From assembly GCA_050633305.1 (NCBI GenBank), contig JBOEGF010000014.1:64001-128000 (forward strand): DNA of 64,000 bases, read 5' to 3'. Under the pieces are notes generated by a model, which saw only the letters and a program-made list of their open reading frames with translations, made no database searches and was not told where the DNA came from. Source of the DNA: Nannocystales bacterium (GTDB lineage: Bacteria; Myxococcota_A; Polyangia; Nannocystales; Nannocystaceae). Positions 1-9,637 of the stretch are shown in pieces; the stretch's first letter is position 1; every line of letters begins with the position of its first letter. The position numbers and the translations under genes are program-made.

Positions 1-891
1 CGAGGAGCACAACGTCTCCATCGCGCGGTCGGCCGGACGTCTCCGTTTGGCAGACCTCGACGCCGACGACGACCTCGACGGCATCGTCAACGGAGACTCT
101 CTGACTCGGTTGCGAAACCAGGGGGCATTTTTCAACGCAACCGTGGTGGTCAACAACTTGTTCGGCAACCAGTTCGATCTATCCGACGTCTTCATCGCCG
201 ATCTCAACGGGGACGACATCTTGGACGTCGCGTACACCGAGGCCTACGGACGTGCCTGGGTCACGGGCGTGCTCTCCAACGGCAACTGGCAGGTTGGCGG
301 AGACGGCGACTTCCCCGGTCCTGGTGAGGGCGCCTCAGGCATGGCGGCGGGCGCATTGTCGGCGGACGGTGCCGACGACGACATCGATGCGTTGATGTTC
401 AACCAGTACGACTCGAGCAGCATGGTGGTCGTCAACGGCGGCAGCGGGGGCCCAGCTTCACGATGTGTCCAGGAGACGTTGCTGGCACACGGTATGGCGA
501 GATCGCCGACTTCAACGATGACGGCTTCAGCGACGTCGTCGTCACGTGCATGGACGGTGATGGAGCTGTGAGTCTGGGCGAAGAAGGGGGCTTCGGTCCT
601 CCCACCGCTCTGCCTCTCGCGGGCGCCTTCAAGCCGTCCGTCGCCGACCTCGATGGCGATGGCGACCTCGACGTCTTGCTGAGCAGCCGCACGCTCGACC
701 GAGCGGTGATGTTCATCAACGACGGCGCGGCGGACTTCGAGCTTTCCGACATCCAGTTCATGGCGCCCGGCGCGGTGTGGGGTGCTGTCGCAGGGGACCT
801 CGACGATGATGGAGCCACGGACGTCGTCGTGATCTCCAATGCCGGCGTCGACGGCCCGGGGCGCGTCGACGTTTACACGGCGGATCCGTAA
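1..891 (+). pseudogene. FG-GAP/VCBS repeat (beta-propeller) protein, 5'-truncated by the window edge and split by an apparent frameshift at the G5 run 446-450
   Basis: ADLDxDxxxD repeats occur in ORF 47..571 up to about 450 and continue in the other frame (ORF 463..891: ADFNDDGFSD, ADLDGDGDLD, GDLDDDGATD). Adding one G at 446-450 fuses the two frames. Could be a sequencing error. Confidence 0.7.
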
Positions 892-931
892 GTCCGAGAG
901 CTCGGCGGAATAGACCTGACCGCTCGCAGGT

Positions 932-1636
932 ATGGCGCGGACCGTGTTCGACCGCATGATGTCCATGATCCGCGCCAACCTCGACCACATGCTTTCGAAG
1001 GCAGAGGACCCGCGGAAGGTGTTGGACCTCGCGATCCTCGACATGCAGGCCGCCCTGGTCGAAGCGAAGAAGCAGGTGGCCGTTGTCATCGCCGATGAGC
1101 GCCGACTACACAAGCAGGCCTCCGAGGCGGGGAGCGCGGCGTCGCAGTGGGAGCAAAAGGCCATGCTCGCGGTTCGGTCTGGCGCCGAGGACCTGGCTCG
1201 TGCCGCGCTGATCCGCAAGAAGGAGCACGACGAGCTCGCGACGATGTACAGCGAGCAATGGCAGTCCCAGAAAAACTCCAGCGATGCGCTTCGCTCCGCG
1301 CTGGTGGGCCTGAGCCAGAAGATCGCGGAAGCCCACCGCACGCGCCGGATGCTGGTCGCGAGGATGCGTAGGGCAGAAGCGCAGCGAACGATCAACGCCA
1401 CGCTTGCAGGCCTCAATGCCTCGGGTCACGACGGAGCGCTGGAGCGGATGGAGAACCGAGTCACGCAGATCGAAGCGGAAGCCGATGCCACGCTCGAACT
1501 CGGCGGTGGTTTTGAGCCCTCGCTCGAGGAACAGTTCAGGGCGCTCGAAGCCGGTTCGGTGGACGACGAGCTAGCGGAACTCAAACAGCGCGTGGCGCTG
1601 GAGGGACACCGTCCCAAGGCGCTGGCCTCGGCGTAG
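932..1636 (+). CDS. pspA: PspA/IM30 family (ESCRT-III-like) membrane-stress protein
   Basis: 234 aa coiled coil with AEDPRKVLDLAILDM, W..KAMLAV..G.EDLARAAL, LERMENRV...EAEA, LEEQF..LE, VDDELAELK. Confidence 0.9.
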   Translation: MARTVFDRMMSMIRANLDHMLSKAEDPRKVLDLAILDMQAALVEAKKQVAVVIADERRLHKQASEAGSAASQWEQKAMLAVRSGAEDLARAALIRKKEHDELATMYSEQWQSQKNSSDALRSALVGLSQKIAEAHRTRRMLVARMRRAEAQRTINATLAGLNASGHDGALERMENRVTQIEAEADATLELGGGFEPSLEEQFRALEAGSVDDELAELKQRVALEGHRPKALASA

Positions 1637-1637
1637 C

Positions 1638-2387
1638 TCAACGACCGATGTTGGCTGACGCGGCCTTCTCCAAGAACGCCGCGACGCCGTCGCCGAACCG
1701 GTTCAGGTTTTTCGTGAAGCGGTCGTCGGAGGTGTAGCGCGACGCGACCTCCCGGAACATGTGCGGCGGGCAGGGGTAGAAGTAGCGGTCAATGTGCAGT
1801 CGGTACGCATCGGCGAGTGCGTTGCCTTCGGTCGATGAGGGGGAGTCGCCCCGTTCGACCGCAGCGGCGACCCGTCGGAGGATCGCGTCGGCCTCGCCCT
1901 TGATTCGCACCCAGTCTTCTTCGGAGTACGACTGCGTCCGCCGACGGCTCTCGGCGTAGGCTTCGGTTCCACCCCATCGCTCTTCGACCTCGCGCTCGTA
2001 TCGCTCTGGCTCGAAACCGTCGAACAGGGATGCGGGCTCGACGCGGGCGTCTCCGCGAAGTCGGGCCAGCGCTTGGTCCACCGAGGCGAGCATCCGCGCG
2101 GTGGCCTCGGCCCTCTGCGCGAGTTTGACCCGTTGCTCCTCAAGCGCTCTCTCGGGGGAGAATCCGGGCTCATCGAGGAGCGCCTTGATGCGCTGCAGTG
2201 GCAGGCCGAGTTCTCTGTAGATCAGGATCTGCTGGAGCCGGAGCAGATCCTCCGAGCTGTAAATCCGGTAGTCCGCCTTGCCACGAGCAGGGCTGAGCAG
2301 CCCGATCTCATCGTAGTAGTGCAGGGCGCGCGGTGTGACCCCGCTGAGTTCGGCTACGGCTTGGACGGTGAGTCGTTGCTTGGACAT
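1638..2387 (-). CDS. MerR-family transcriptional regulator with TipAS antibiotic-binding domain (TipA/Mta-like)
   Basis: HTH VAELSGVTPRALHYYDEIGLL..YRIY; C-terminal EVEERWG, HIDRYFYPC, YTSDDRF. ATG 2387 chosen because it follows the MerR-type promoter. Confidence 0.9.
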   Translation of the reverse strand: MSKQRLTVQAVAELSGVTPRALHYYDEIGLLSPARGKADYRIYSSEDLLRLQQILIYRELGLPLQRIKALLDEPGFSPERALEEQRVKLAQRAEATARMLASVDQALARLRGDARVEPASLFDGFEPERYEREVEERWGGTEAYAESRRRTQSYSEEDWVRIKGEADAILRRVAAAVERGDSPSSTEGNALADAYRLHIDRYFYPCPPHMFREVASRYTSDDRFTKNLNRFGDGVAAFLEKAASANIGR

Positions 2388-2393
2388 GGGGAA

Positions 2394-2424
2394 ACCCTGC
2401 GGCCTCACGCCGCGAGAGGGTCAA
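2394..2424 (-). promoter_or_regulatory. MerR-type promoter/operator (-35 TTGACC, 19-nt spacer, -10 CAGGGT) with dyad
   Basis: Minus strand reads TTGACC-CTCTCGCGGCGTGAGGCCG-CAGGGT-TTCCCC-ATG. The dyad CCTCTCGC-G-GCGTGAGG lies at 2403-2419. Confidence 0.85.
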
Positions 2425-2621
2425 GGACCGAGCGGGGATGGGACAGCCCCCGAGTCGGGTGCGGGTGGAAAATATGCTTTGATTCCGAAGGTATACCGGT
2501 TGGACTCTAAAAATCGTCACGGGGCGTGTCATTGAGGGCCACGTCATTGCGAACGAAGTTCGCCGGCTCGCAATCCGGCTCGCCTGTCGCCGACTCTTAG
2601 AACTCAAAGCACCTCTCCAAC

Positions 2622-4607
2622 ATGAAATTTAGCACGCTCCTCACCCGTCACCTGACCTGCTTCCTCCTGAGCTCCAGCGCGTTCGCGTGTTCGGCGGAGG
2701 GGGAACTCGACGCTCCCGAGGCGACTCCTCGAGCCGCGCCCACTGAAGCTGAGTCGCGGGCTGAGGTGTGCGACCTGTCTAACCAGGTCGTCGTTTTCAG
2801 CCAGGAGAGTAGTTGCGACGACGTTGGACCTTGGGAGGGGGAGCGGATCTTTGGCGGGTCCGGAGAGCCTCAGCCACCGGCAGGGTTGAGGGGCTACTGC
2901 CGCTACACGAAAGCGAGCAACACAACCCAGGGCCATGTCGACGCGCTTGCTGCCGGGCTGACTGCCGGGGACAACTCTCCAGCCTTTGAGATCGGCACGG
3001 ACTGCCGGGCTGTCGAGACTCAGAACTCCGCAATCGCGGATGAGGTTGGCACAGATCTGGAGGACTTCTTTGGCTGGCTGTCTGGCCGTTTCGACCCGCA
3101 GGACATCACCGTTCCCCCGCCGATCTCAGTCCACACTGCCATCGTCGACACCTATCCCAACGACTCACCGGACAAGCCCAAATCGAGTCATGGGCCCGTT
3201 GTCGCCAGCATCGTCGAATCATTTCTCTGTCCGACCGGCGTCGGTTGCACCCATCCGGTTCGCAACTACCTCGGGCTGCCTCGAACCAACGACGGTCTCA
3301 ATCTCGAGAAGGGAGGCCAGATTGGGCTTCAGTCCGATCTGGCGAAGGGCATCTACGCCGCACTGGTGGAAGACTCGCAGCTCGGCACCGACCGTCTGAT
3401 CATTAACCTGAGCGTCGCCTGGGAGGCAGAGCAGTTCGGCGGAATGGGGCTCGCCGACATGGACCCCGCTGCCCGCTCCGTCTTCGACATCATTCGTGTT
3501 GCTCGCTGTCGCGGCGCACTTATTATCGCAGCTGCGGGCAATGAAAGCAGTCTGTCATGCACCGGGGAGCCCATGGCCCCCGGGCGCTGGGAACAAATCC
3601 CCGCCCCGGACGAGGCGGAGTGCGTCCAGCTGGGCGTCCTAGACTGGGTCGAAGACACTGCTGCGTACACGCCGCTGGTCCATGCCGTCGGCGGACTGTT
3701 TGGCCCGGACACCGCGATGGCGACATCGCGGTCTGCCGGCATGCCACGGCTCGCCGCAGCCTCGAGCCACGCCGTCGCGCCGGCGCGCCTACCAGGCCTG
3801 CCCGGCGCGGCAATTCGGACCGGCACATCGGTTGGTACCGCTGTTGCGAGCGCGACCGCGGCCATGGTCTGGGGCTACGCTCCGGCCCTGACTCCTTCCG
3901 GGGTGATGGAGAGGCTCTACCTGTCCGGTCACCCCGTTGGGGACCTGACAGCCGACTTCGGCTCGGCCGGATCCACGCCCGTGCATCGCATCGATGCCTG
4001 CGCTGCCGTTGCCCTGTCCATTCCCGGCCCCGGCCCAACATGCGACTTCAGCACGCAGCCGGTCACCATTGGCCAGCTCGTTGGTGACCTGGAGGCGGTC
4101 GTGTCGATTTCGCACTCTCTCTCCGTCGACGATCCGCTCGAGTGCACGAACGTCTGCGGCGAGCAGTACTCGTTCCATCCTGTCCCCGGGTCTGCCAGAG
4201 ACTGCGCCGAAGTCGAACCTGACCCCTGGCGTTGGCTCACCACTCCGCAGCCTACCGAGGCAGGCTGCGACGAGTGCGTGCTGACAACGGAGACGTCGAC
4301 GGACCAGGCGACGGCATTGCTCACCGTCGGGGACCACTTCGATGCCGGCAATATCAAGTCGGTAGACCTCGAGATTATCGACGTCTTTGGGATGCCGCAC
4401 TTCTTCGGGATCACCGACAAGGAGCTTCAGCAAGCGGCTGTTGTGGAGCCGCGCTCCGGGTTCATTGATGAGTTCGTGGTGCCTATGAAGCTCGACGGAG
4501 TCTTGGCTGAGCGTGGCTTTGTCATCATGTCGTTCCTCGACCCAGCCGATCCCAACGGGGCGTCGATCGAGACCCGGGACCCGCTGATCCTGCGGACCTT
4601 GCCGTAG
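2622..4607 (+). CDS. S8 (subtilisin-like) serine peptidase, predicted lipoprotein
   Basis: Lipobox SAFAC; catalytic motifs AIVDT, SSHG, IINLS, IIAAAGN (oxyanion Asn), RTGTSVGTA; Cys-rich C-terminal extension. Confidence 0.85.
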   Translation: MKFSTLLTRHLTCFLLSSSAFACSAEGELDAPEATPRAAPTEAESRAEVCDLSNQVVVFSQESSCDDVGPWEGERIFGGSGEPQPPAGLRGYCRYTKASNTTQGHVDALAAGLTAGDNSPAFEIGTDCRAVETQNSAIADEVGTDLEDFFGWLSGRFDPQDITVPPPISVHTAIVDTYPNDSPDKPKSSHGPVVASIVESFLCPTGVGCTHPVRNYLGLPRTNDGLNLEKGGQIGLQSDLAKGIYAALVEDSQLGTDRLIINLSVAWEAEQFGGMGLADMDPAARSVFDIIRVARCRGALIIAAAGNESSLSCTGEPMAPGRWEQIPAPDEAECVQLGVLDWVEDTAAYTPLVHAVGGLFGPDTAMATSRSAGMPRLAAASSHAVAPARLPGLPGAAIRTGTSVGTAVASATAAMVWGYAPALTPSGVMERLYLSGHPVGDLTADFGSAGSTPVHRIDACAAVALSIPGPGPTCDFSTQPVTIGQLVGDLEAVVSISHSLSVDDPLECTNVCGEQYSFHPVPGSARDCAEVEPDPWRWLTTPQPTEAGCDECVLTTETSTDQATALLTVGDHFDAGNIKSVDLEIIDVFGMPHFFGITDKELQQAAVVEPRSGFIDEFVVPMKLDGVLAERGFVIMSFLDPADPNGASIETRDPLILRTLP

Positions 4608-4610
4608 CGG

Positions 4611-7184
4611 CTACGGTGTGATGACCCTGAACTGTTCCCATGGCAGCTCGGGGTCATCTGCACGCAGACGAAGAAGGGCCTCTCGGAGTCGCGTCGGGCC
4701 ATCGAGGGCGACTGCGTTATGGACAGCGACACCGACATCCGCCGCGAAACGATCCGCGACCTCCGCGTCGGCCGCGATGACCCAATCGCTGCCAGAGAGT
4801 ACGAAGGCTCGCCCGATATTCATGCCGCCGCCGACGGTGTCCGGGCTGGGCGCAGCGGTCTCGCAGCCTGTCAGTACGACCCCGCGGGGCACGTCAGGAA
4901 GTGTGAAGACGTCGTGGATGCCAAAGCGCTCGTCGTTGGCGAGCAGCAGAGCGGAGTCCCACCCCGAGAGTCCCGAGCGGACGCCGTGTCCGGCGTAGTG
5001 GAGCAGGTCGACCGAGGCGGTGTGCTCGAAGAGGCTTGAGCGCGTCGCGTCCGAGCCTCGGAGGTCGATGACCGTCCAGTCTTCGGCCTCCAAAACGTGT
5101 CCGATGGCGTCCGCTTCGCTTCGGGCCATCGGCAGATCGTCGCGAGGGTCGGAGAGAATGAGCGCAGCGCGAGCTTCCGTGTCCAAGACGTCGCGTGGTG
5201 GCAGGTCGAGACTGTAGCTGACCGGGGCAAGGTCGAGGAGTGACTTTGCATGTCGCCAGGGCCTGAGATGCAGTGGCTCGGCCACCTCGGCACCTGTCTC
5301 GACGAGGGTGAGCCGAGAGGCTTCGGCCAGGGTCTGCAGCGATGACAAGTCGGTTCGTTGAGACACTTCGATCTCCGAATCGCTGAGTGCAAATACATCG
5401 GATCCGAACGCCACGAGGATGACCTCGCCCGGTGAGGGCGGTCGAAGCTCGGCACACGAGCGAGCGTTCGGCTCGAGACCTAGCCCCCGAATCGCGGCGT
5501 CGAGTGCTTCGCGGTTCCTTCGGGCCTCGGCTGCAAGCTTCGCCGCGGCCGAGACCTGTTTGTCTTCTGAGAGCTCCCAAAGGCTCGCCTCCCCGCGCGC
5601 AACAGCACGTCGGTCGTTCGCGATCTCGGCGACCGCTCGCTCCCAACGTGCCCGCTCGTCTCCTGTCGCAGCACCCAGTCGAGCTGTTCGGTCGAGCCGG
5701 GAAAACTCCCTTGCGCGTGCGAGGCGGATGGCGCATGCGGCTTCCCCAGGACGGCCCATACGCACAAGGGCCTGGACGAGACCCTCGAGGCTCGCGGAGC
5801 GGCCCGCCAGGTACAACTCGCCGCCTTTGTGGGTCCCAACCTGTTCGAATGCTGAACTTAGCTGGGCTTCGCTTGCTGAGTAGGCCTCCACGGCCAGTGC
5901 GTCAAAGCCCCACGCCGCGAGCAGGTTGCCGCGTTGCACGTTTTGGTTCCATGCCAGCTCGATGTCGGACGTCTGGCTTGGCTGTGCGAGCAGCGGAGGT
6001 TGGTTTGACACGTCTCCGCTCTCAAGTGCGGCCGCAGACTCGGCCAGCTCGATCCAACCCCGATGTCTCGCGGGAGTGATGTCGAGTTGTGCCAGCCATC
6101 CCTGCGCCTCCAGCGGTCGCCCGTATTCGAGTTCGGCCAAGGCGAGGTCGAGAAAGAGGGCGGCTTCCCGGCGTGGATGCGGACAGCTGCGAGCCCGCTC
6201 CAGGGCGGCAAGGAGAAGCGGGCGTGGGTCGTCGTGTTCGTGACCTGCGGCCGCGAGTACGAGCTGGCCCCATGCGAGGTTGTTGGCGACGCGGAGCCAC
6301 TGAGAGCAACCCGGGTCCTTGTCCGATTGTCCGGTCTCCAGCTTCCGCAGCAAGGCTCGAGCTTCCTCGGCTCGTCCGAGCTCCGCCAACGTGTTCGCAA
6401 GCATGTCGAGGACGTTGGGTTGACCGTAGTTGAGCCGCTCGGAGAGCACCCGCGCATTCTCGAATCCTGCGATCGCGGTGCCGAGGTCTCCTGCACGCCG
6501 TGCGAGTAGGGCGTTGTAGTACTGCCATCGAGCTTCAGCGTACGGGTTTGTCTCAGTCAAGGGCTCGAGGGCGCCGAGAGCGTCCCGCGCTCGTCGGTGA
6601 TCGTGCGTGAACTCGGTGTGGGTGTACGCGCGCGAAGCCAGAGCCGAGATCTGGTGACGTACCGCGTTCAACTCGCGGGCGAGCTCCAGTTCGGCGTCCC
6701 CGTAGCGTAGTCCGGCCGGTTTTCCTCCCGACCCGCGCCGGAGTAGTTCGAGGGCACGAAGCTTTGCCCAGCCCGAGTTCTCGTTTGCGAACGCTTCGAG
6801 CGCCTTGGGGGAGATACCATCGATGGGAGGTCGAGCCCTCCACTCAAACGCCAGCGTGACCTCAGGGCTCCAGCGTCGGCCGGGGGTTTCGACCTGGACG
6901 GACTTGGCACCTTCGGGAATCGCAACACGGAGCCGTACGCCGCCTTCGATCACGCGTCCGGTCGCTGGGACCGCCACTCCATCGACGCGGACGAGCAGCG
7001 GCGTGGTTGGCTGTACGTCGAGCCAGATGCTGAGCCGGGGTGAGCTTTCTAGGATGCACGTCGCGGGCGCAAACTCCACGCATCCTCCGTAGACGACCTC
7101 CGGCGCAGGGTCGACTCGAGGTTCCTCGCTCGCTTCACATCCACCGGCCAGCAGTGCGGCCGCCATCCATCGAGTCCAGCTCAA
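4611..7184 (-). CDS. TPR-CHAT (caspase-like cysteine protease) protein, predicted lipoprotein
   Basis: C-terminal CHAT motifs DPRDDLPMARSEA, LLHYAGHG, VVLTGCET, GRAFVLSG, W..F; TPR-like helices in the middle; N-terminal AAALLAGGC lipobox. TTG 7184 overlaps the upstream TGA (alternative ATG 7166). The extension to 7661 is rejected. Confidence 0.85.
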   Translation of the reverse strand: MSWTRWMAAALLAGGCEASEEPRVDPAPEVVYGGCVEFAPATCILESSPRLSIWLDVQPTTPLLVRVDGVAVPATGRVIEGGVRLRVAIPEGAKSVQVETPGRRWSPEVTLAFEWRARPPIDGISPKALEAFANENSGWAKLRALELLRRGSGGKPAGLRYGDAELELARELNAVRHQISALASRAYTHTEFTHDHRRARDALGALEPLTETNPYAEARWQYYNALLARRAGDLGTAIAGFENARVLSERLNYGQPNVLDMLANTLAELGRAEEARALLRKLETGQSDKDPGCSQWLRVANNLAWGQLVLAAAGHEHDDPRPLLLAALERARSCPHPRREAALFLDLALAELEYGRPLEAQGWLAQLDITPARHRGWIELAESAAALESGDVSNQPPLLAQPSQTSDIELAWNQNVQRGNLLAAWGFDALAVEAYSASEAQLSSAFEQVGTHKGGELYLAGRSASLEGLVQALVRMGRPGEAACAIRLARAREFSRLDRTARLGAATGDERARWERAVAEIANDRRAVARGEASLWELSEDKQVSAAAKLAAEARRNREALDAAIRGLGLEPNARSCAELRPPSPGEVILVAFGSDVFALSDSEIEVSQRTDLSSLQTLAEASRLTLVETGAEVAEPLHLRPWRHAKSLLDLAPVSYSLDLPPRDVLDTEARAALILSDPRDDLPMARSEADAIGHVLEAEDWTVIDLRGSDATRSSLFEHTASVDLLHYAGHGVRSGLSGWDSALLLANDERFGIHDVFTLPDVPRGVVLTGCETAAPSPDTVGGGMNIGRAFVLSGSDWVIAADAEVADRFAADVGVAVHNAVALDGPTRLREALLRLRADDPELPWEQFRVITP

Positions 7185-7879
7185 GAGGGGAGGATGATGA
7201 CCTCGATCGGCAGCCGCTGCCAGTGACTGTCTCGAACCTCGTCGGGCGATGACGGGGCTTCGGAAGCGTGGGAGAAGACGACCTCGACGGTCCACTGACC
7301 GGGGGGGAGATCGATGAAGCCGTCGAGTGGACCGCGGAGGCGGGCAGAGCCCGAAGCCTTCAGGTTCGCATCCACCGCTTTCGCGAACACAACCTGGCCG
7401 TCCTTGGAGGTTGCGAGCAGACTGACCGCGACGGACTGCTCCACCGAAGATGCTGCCGAGAACTTCCAGTCGATGTTGTCGTCGGGGCCACGCAACTCTA
7501 GCTGACTCGCCACGGCGTCGTGGTCTCCACGTATTGCCGCAGGACCCCCTGCAATCTCGATCGCGTTGTAGGTCGGCAATGCGTCGACGACGGGTGCGCG
7601 GACTGCGAACCAGAGCACAAGCGCGGCGGCAGCCGCCAAGGCCACGGCGGCTGCGACCCACACCGTCGAGCGGCGTTGCGGCAGCTCGGTGACGTTCGGC
7701 GGTTGTGCGGCGATCGACGGCGCCGCGGCAATTGCTGCCTTCGCATCCAGCTCGGCAAACATGTCGTCCAACAACGCGTCCCCGGCTTCACCGTCGAAGT
7801 CGTCGAGCGGGATCGGGGGGTCCTTCGCGTCCGTCTCTCGCTGATGTTGGGCGAGTGCTTCGAGGAGCTCGTCAGCCAT
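7181..7879 (-). CDS. Putative single-pass anti-sigma factor with periplasmic beta-rich domain
   Basis: Acidic N-terminus, TM VWVAAAVALAAAAALVLWFAV, about 140 aa beta-strand-rich C-terminus. ATG 7879 overlaps the sigma stop by 8 nt. Confidence 0.7.
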   Translation of the reverse strand: MADELLEALAQHQRETDAKDPPIPLDDFDGEAGDALLDDMFAELDAKAAIAAAPSIAAQPPNVTELPQRRSTVWVAAAVALAAAAALVLWFAVRAPVVDALPTYNAIEIAGGPAAIRGDHDAVASQLELRGPDDNIDWKFSAASSVEQSVAVSLLATSKDGQVVFAKAVDANLKASGSARLRGPLDGFIDLPPGQWTVEVVFSHASEAPSSPDEVRDSHWQRLPIEVIILPS

Positions 7880-8516
7880 GCGTTGCACCCCCACAGGCGG
7901 CGGTCTCAGCTGGCCTTGCATCCGCGCACAGGGCGGTGGCTCGGGCCAGTTTCCGCATCCTATACGACCAAGCATTGACCGCCCCCCGCGTCATGTCCAT
8001 GTGCTCGGCAACCGCATCGGGGGACATCTCCTGGACGAAAAGCAGGTCGAACAGCTCGTGGTCGCGCTCGTTCATCTTGGCGTGCATCGCAGCGAGGACC
8101 TGATCGAGTTGGTTGCGCTGCTCGAGCCGCTTGGCAAGGTCCGCGTCGTCGGCAGTGTCGATATCGGCCGGATCGAGGGGGGCATCGGCCCAAGGATTGC
8201 CGCGCCCACCGCTGAGCATTCGCGGAATGCGCCGCCGGGCGATGAGTTGCACGAAGCTCTCGAGGCTGCGGCCGCGCTGCGGGTCCCACCGGCGGAGCTG
8301 ATTGCCATCGTTCTCGAACAAGCCCAACAGGATATCGTGGACGAGGTCCTTGACCTCTTGCCGGGGGTCCCGGCCCTCGGCGGCGGCAAGCCGGGAGACC
8401 GCGAACGATGCTTCGCGAGCGACGGCCTGCATGAGTCGCCGCCCAAGCTCCCGACGCGCCGCGGCGTCCCCCGCCAGAGCGCGGGCTACGAGCTCGACAT
8501 CGTCCAGATCGGACAC
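7872..8516 (-). CDS. ECF RNA polymerase sigma factor
   Basis: DVELVARALAGDAAA, sigma2 EVKDLVHDILL..F..LRRWDP..GRSLESFV, sigma4 MSPDAVAEHMDMTRGAVNAWSYR. Confidence 0.9.
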   Translation of the reverse strand: MSDLDDVELVARALAGDAAARRELGRRLMQAVAREASFAVSRLAAAEGRDPRQEVKDLVHDILLGLFENDGNQLRRWDPQRGRSLESFVQLIARRRIPRMLSGGRGNPWADAPLDPADIDTADDADLAKRLEQRNQLDQVLAAMHAKMNERDHELFDLLFVQEMSPDAVAEHMDMTRGAVNAWSYRMRKLARATALCADARPAETAACGGATHG

Positions 8517-8698
8517 GCGCCGAGCGTAGCAGGATGTGTGGCCGGTGGTTGCCCAGGACCCTCATTCACGCCGAGCGGAACGCGAATGACGCAGCGTCTG
8601 ACAAATTGTCGAAACCGCACCCTCTGGGTCCGTGTCCCCGTCGCGAGGCCACCCCCACAGACAGATTTGGTCGGCGGTTGGCTCGGAAACCCGAGGCC

Positions 8699-9544
8699 TC
8701 ACCCGAACGGGATGGAGATCCCGAGCGCGGGACCAATACCCATCGTGCAGTTGCCGCGGACCGGCCCGCACGTGAACGTCTGGTTCCATTTTCTGGTGGG
8801 GACGCGCCCGTCGACCTCGACGCCAACGGTCAGCATGAATCGGCGACCCAACAACATGATGAGGCCACCACCGGCGGACCAACGGCCGTAGGTTCCCAAG
8901 CCTTTGTTGAAGGTATCCAGCCCGAAGCCACCCCAGAACAACGGAGAGAGGCGACGTCGCGGGAGCATGAGGAAGGTGGCCTGGGGCGTGAGCTGGAACT
9001 CGTAGTAGCTGCCCTGGGGATCCCACGAGAAGACGTTGACCAACTCCGCTCCCAACCCGATGTGGGGAATGACGAAGTAGGTCGCGGACGCTCCAATCGC
9101 GAACAGACTTCCGCCCGCGCCGATGACGGGCCCGGCCCAAAAACGCCCGTACAACGAGTCAGGCTTGCGTCTCCCCTCGGAGTCCCCCGGCGGCTGCAGT
9201 TCGGCGATCTCGGACTTGGGTTCAGTCGGCGTGAACTCAACCGCGGCGGGCTCGGGCTCGGGCTGACGCGGGGGAAGGACCGGGGCTGGACTCGCCTCGG
9301 TCGGCGACGGCTCGGCCGGGGCGGCCTCCGTTGGTGGCACCTCGCCCTCGGGCGAACCCTCGGGTGGACTCGCCTCGGCAGGCGGCGTCGCCTCAGCGGG
9401 TGGAGCGGCCTCGACAGGCGGGGTTGCCTCGGCGGGGGCGGGCGCGTCGGGGTCGTCCAGCTCCTCCCACTGCATGGCATCCGGATTGCTGGGGGCGGGT
9501 GGGGCGAGACCGACCCAGGCGGCAATGATGATCGCTGCAGACAT
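8699..9544 (-). CDS. Exported protein with Pro/Glu/Ala-rich linker and C-terminal outer-membrane beta-barrel-like domain
   Basis: Hydrophobic N-terminus, EATPP repeats, alternating beta-strand pattern ending GISIPFG; GGAG Shine-Dalgarno upstream. Confidence 0.6.
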   Translation of the reverse strand: MSAAIIIAAWVGLAPPAPSNPDAMQWEELDDPDAPAPAEATPPVEAAPPAEATPPAEASPPEGSPEGEVPPTEAAPAEPSPTEASPAPVLPPRQPEPEPAAVEFTPTEPKSEIAELQPPGDSEGRRKPDSLYGRFWAGPVIGAGGSLFAIGASATYFVIPHIGLGAELVNVFSWDPQGSYYEFQLTPQATFLMLPRRRLSPLFWGGFGLDTFNKGLGTYGRWSAGGGLIMLLGRRFMLTVGVEVDGRVPTRKWNQTFTCGPVRGNCTMGIGPALGISIPFG

Positions 9545-9637
9545 CTTCGAAGCTCCTGCTCGGCCCCTTCCTTGTAGCAGAACCGCACCAGCGCGACATC
9601 AGCGCGATGCGGCCCGGTGTGGGCTATCCTGGAAGAC

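Noticed and set aside
244..1416. Long antisense ORFs (also 9749..11368, 13051..14571, 36669..38192, 44624..46219, 59244..60473)
   Set aside because: Mirror frames of well-supported genes, as expected in high-GC DNA; no family motifs.
7185..7661. N-terminal extension of the 1016-aa CHAT ORF
   Set aside because: Out-of-frame overlap with the anti-sigma gene; the lipobox indicates a start at 7184 or 7166.
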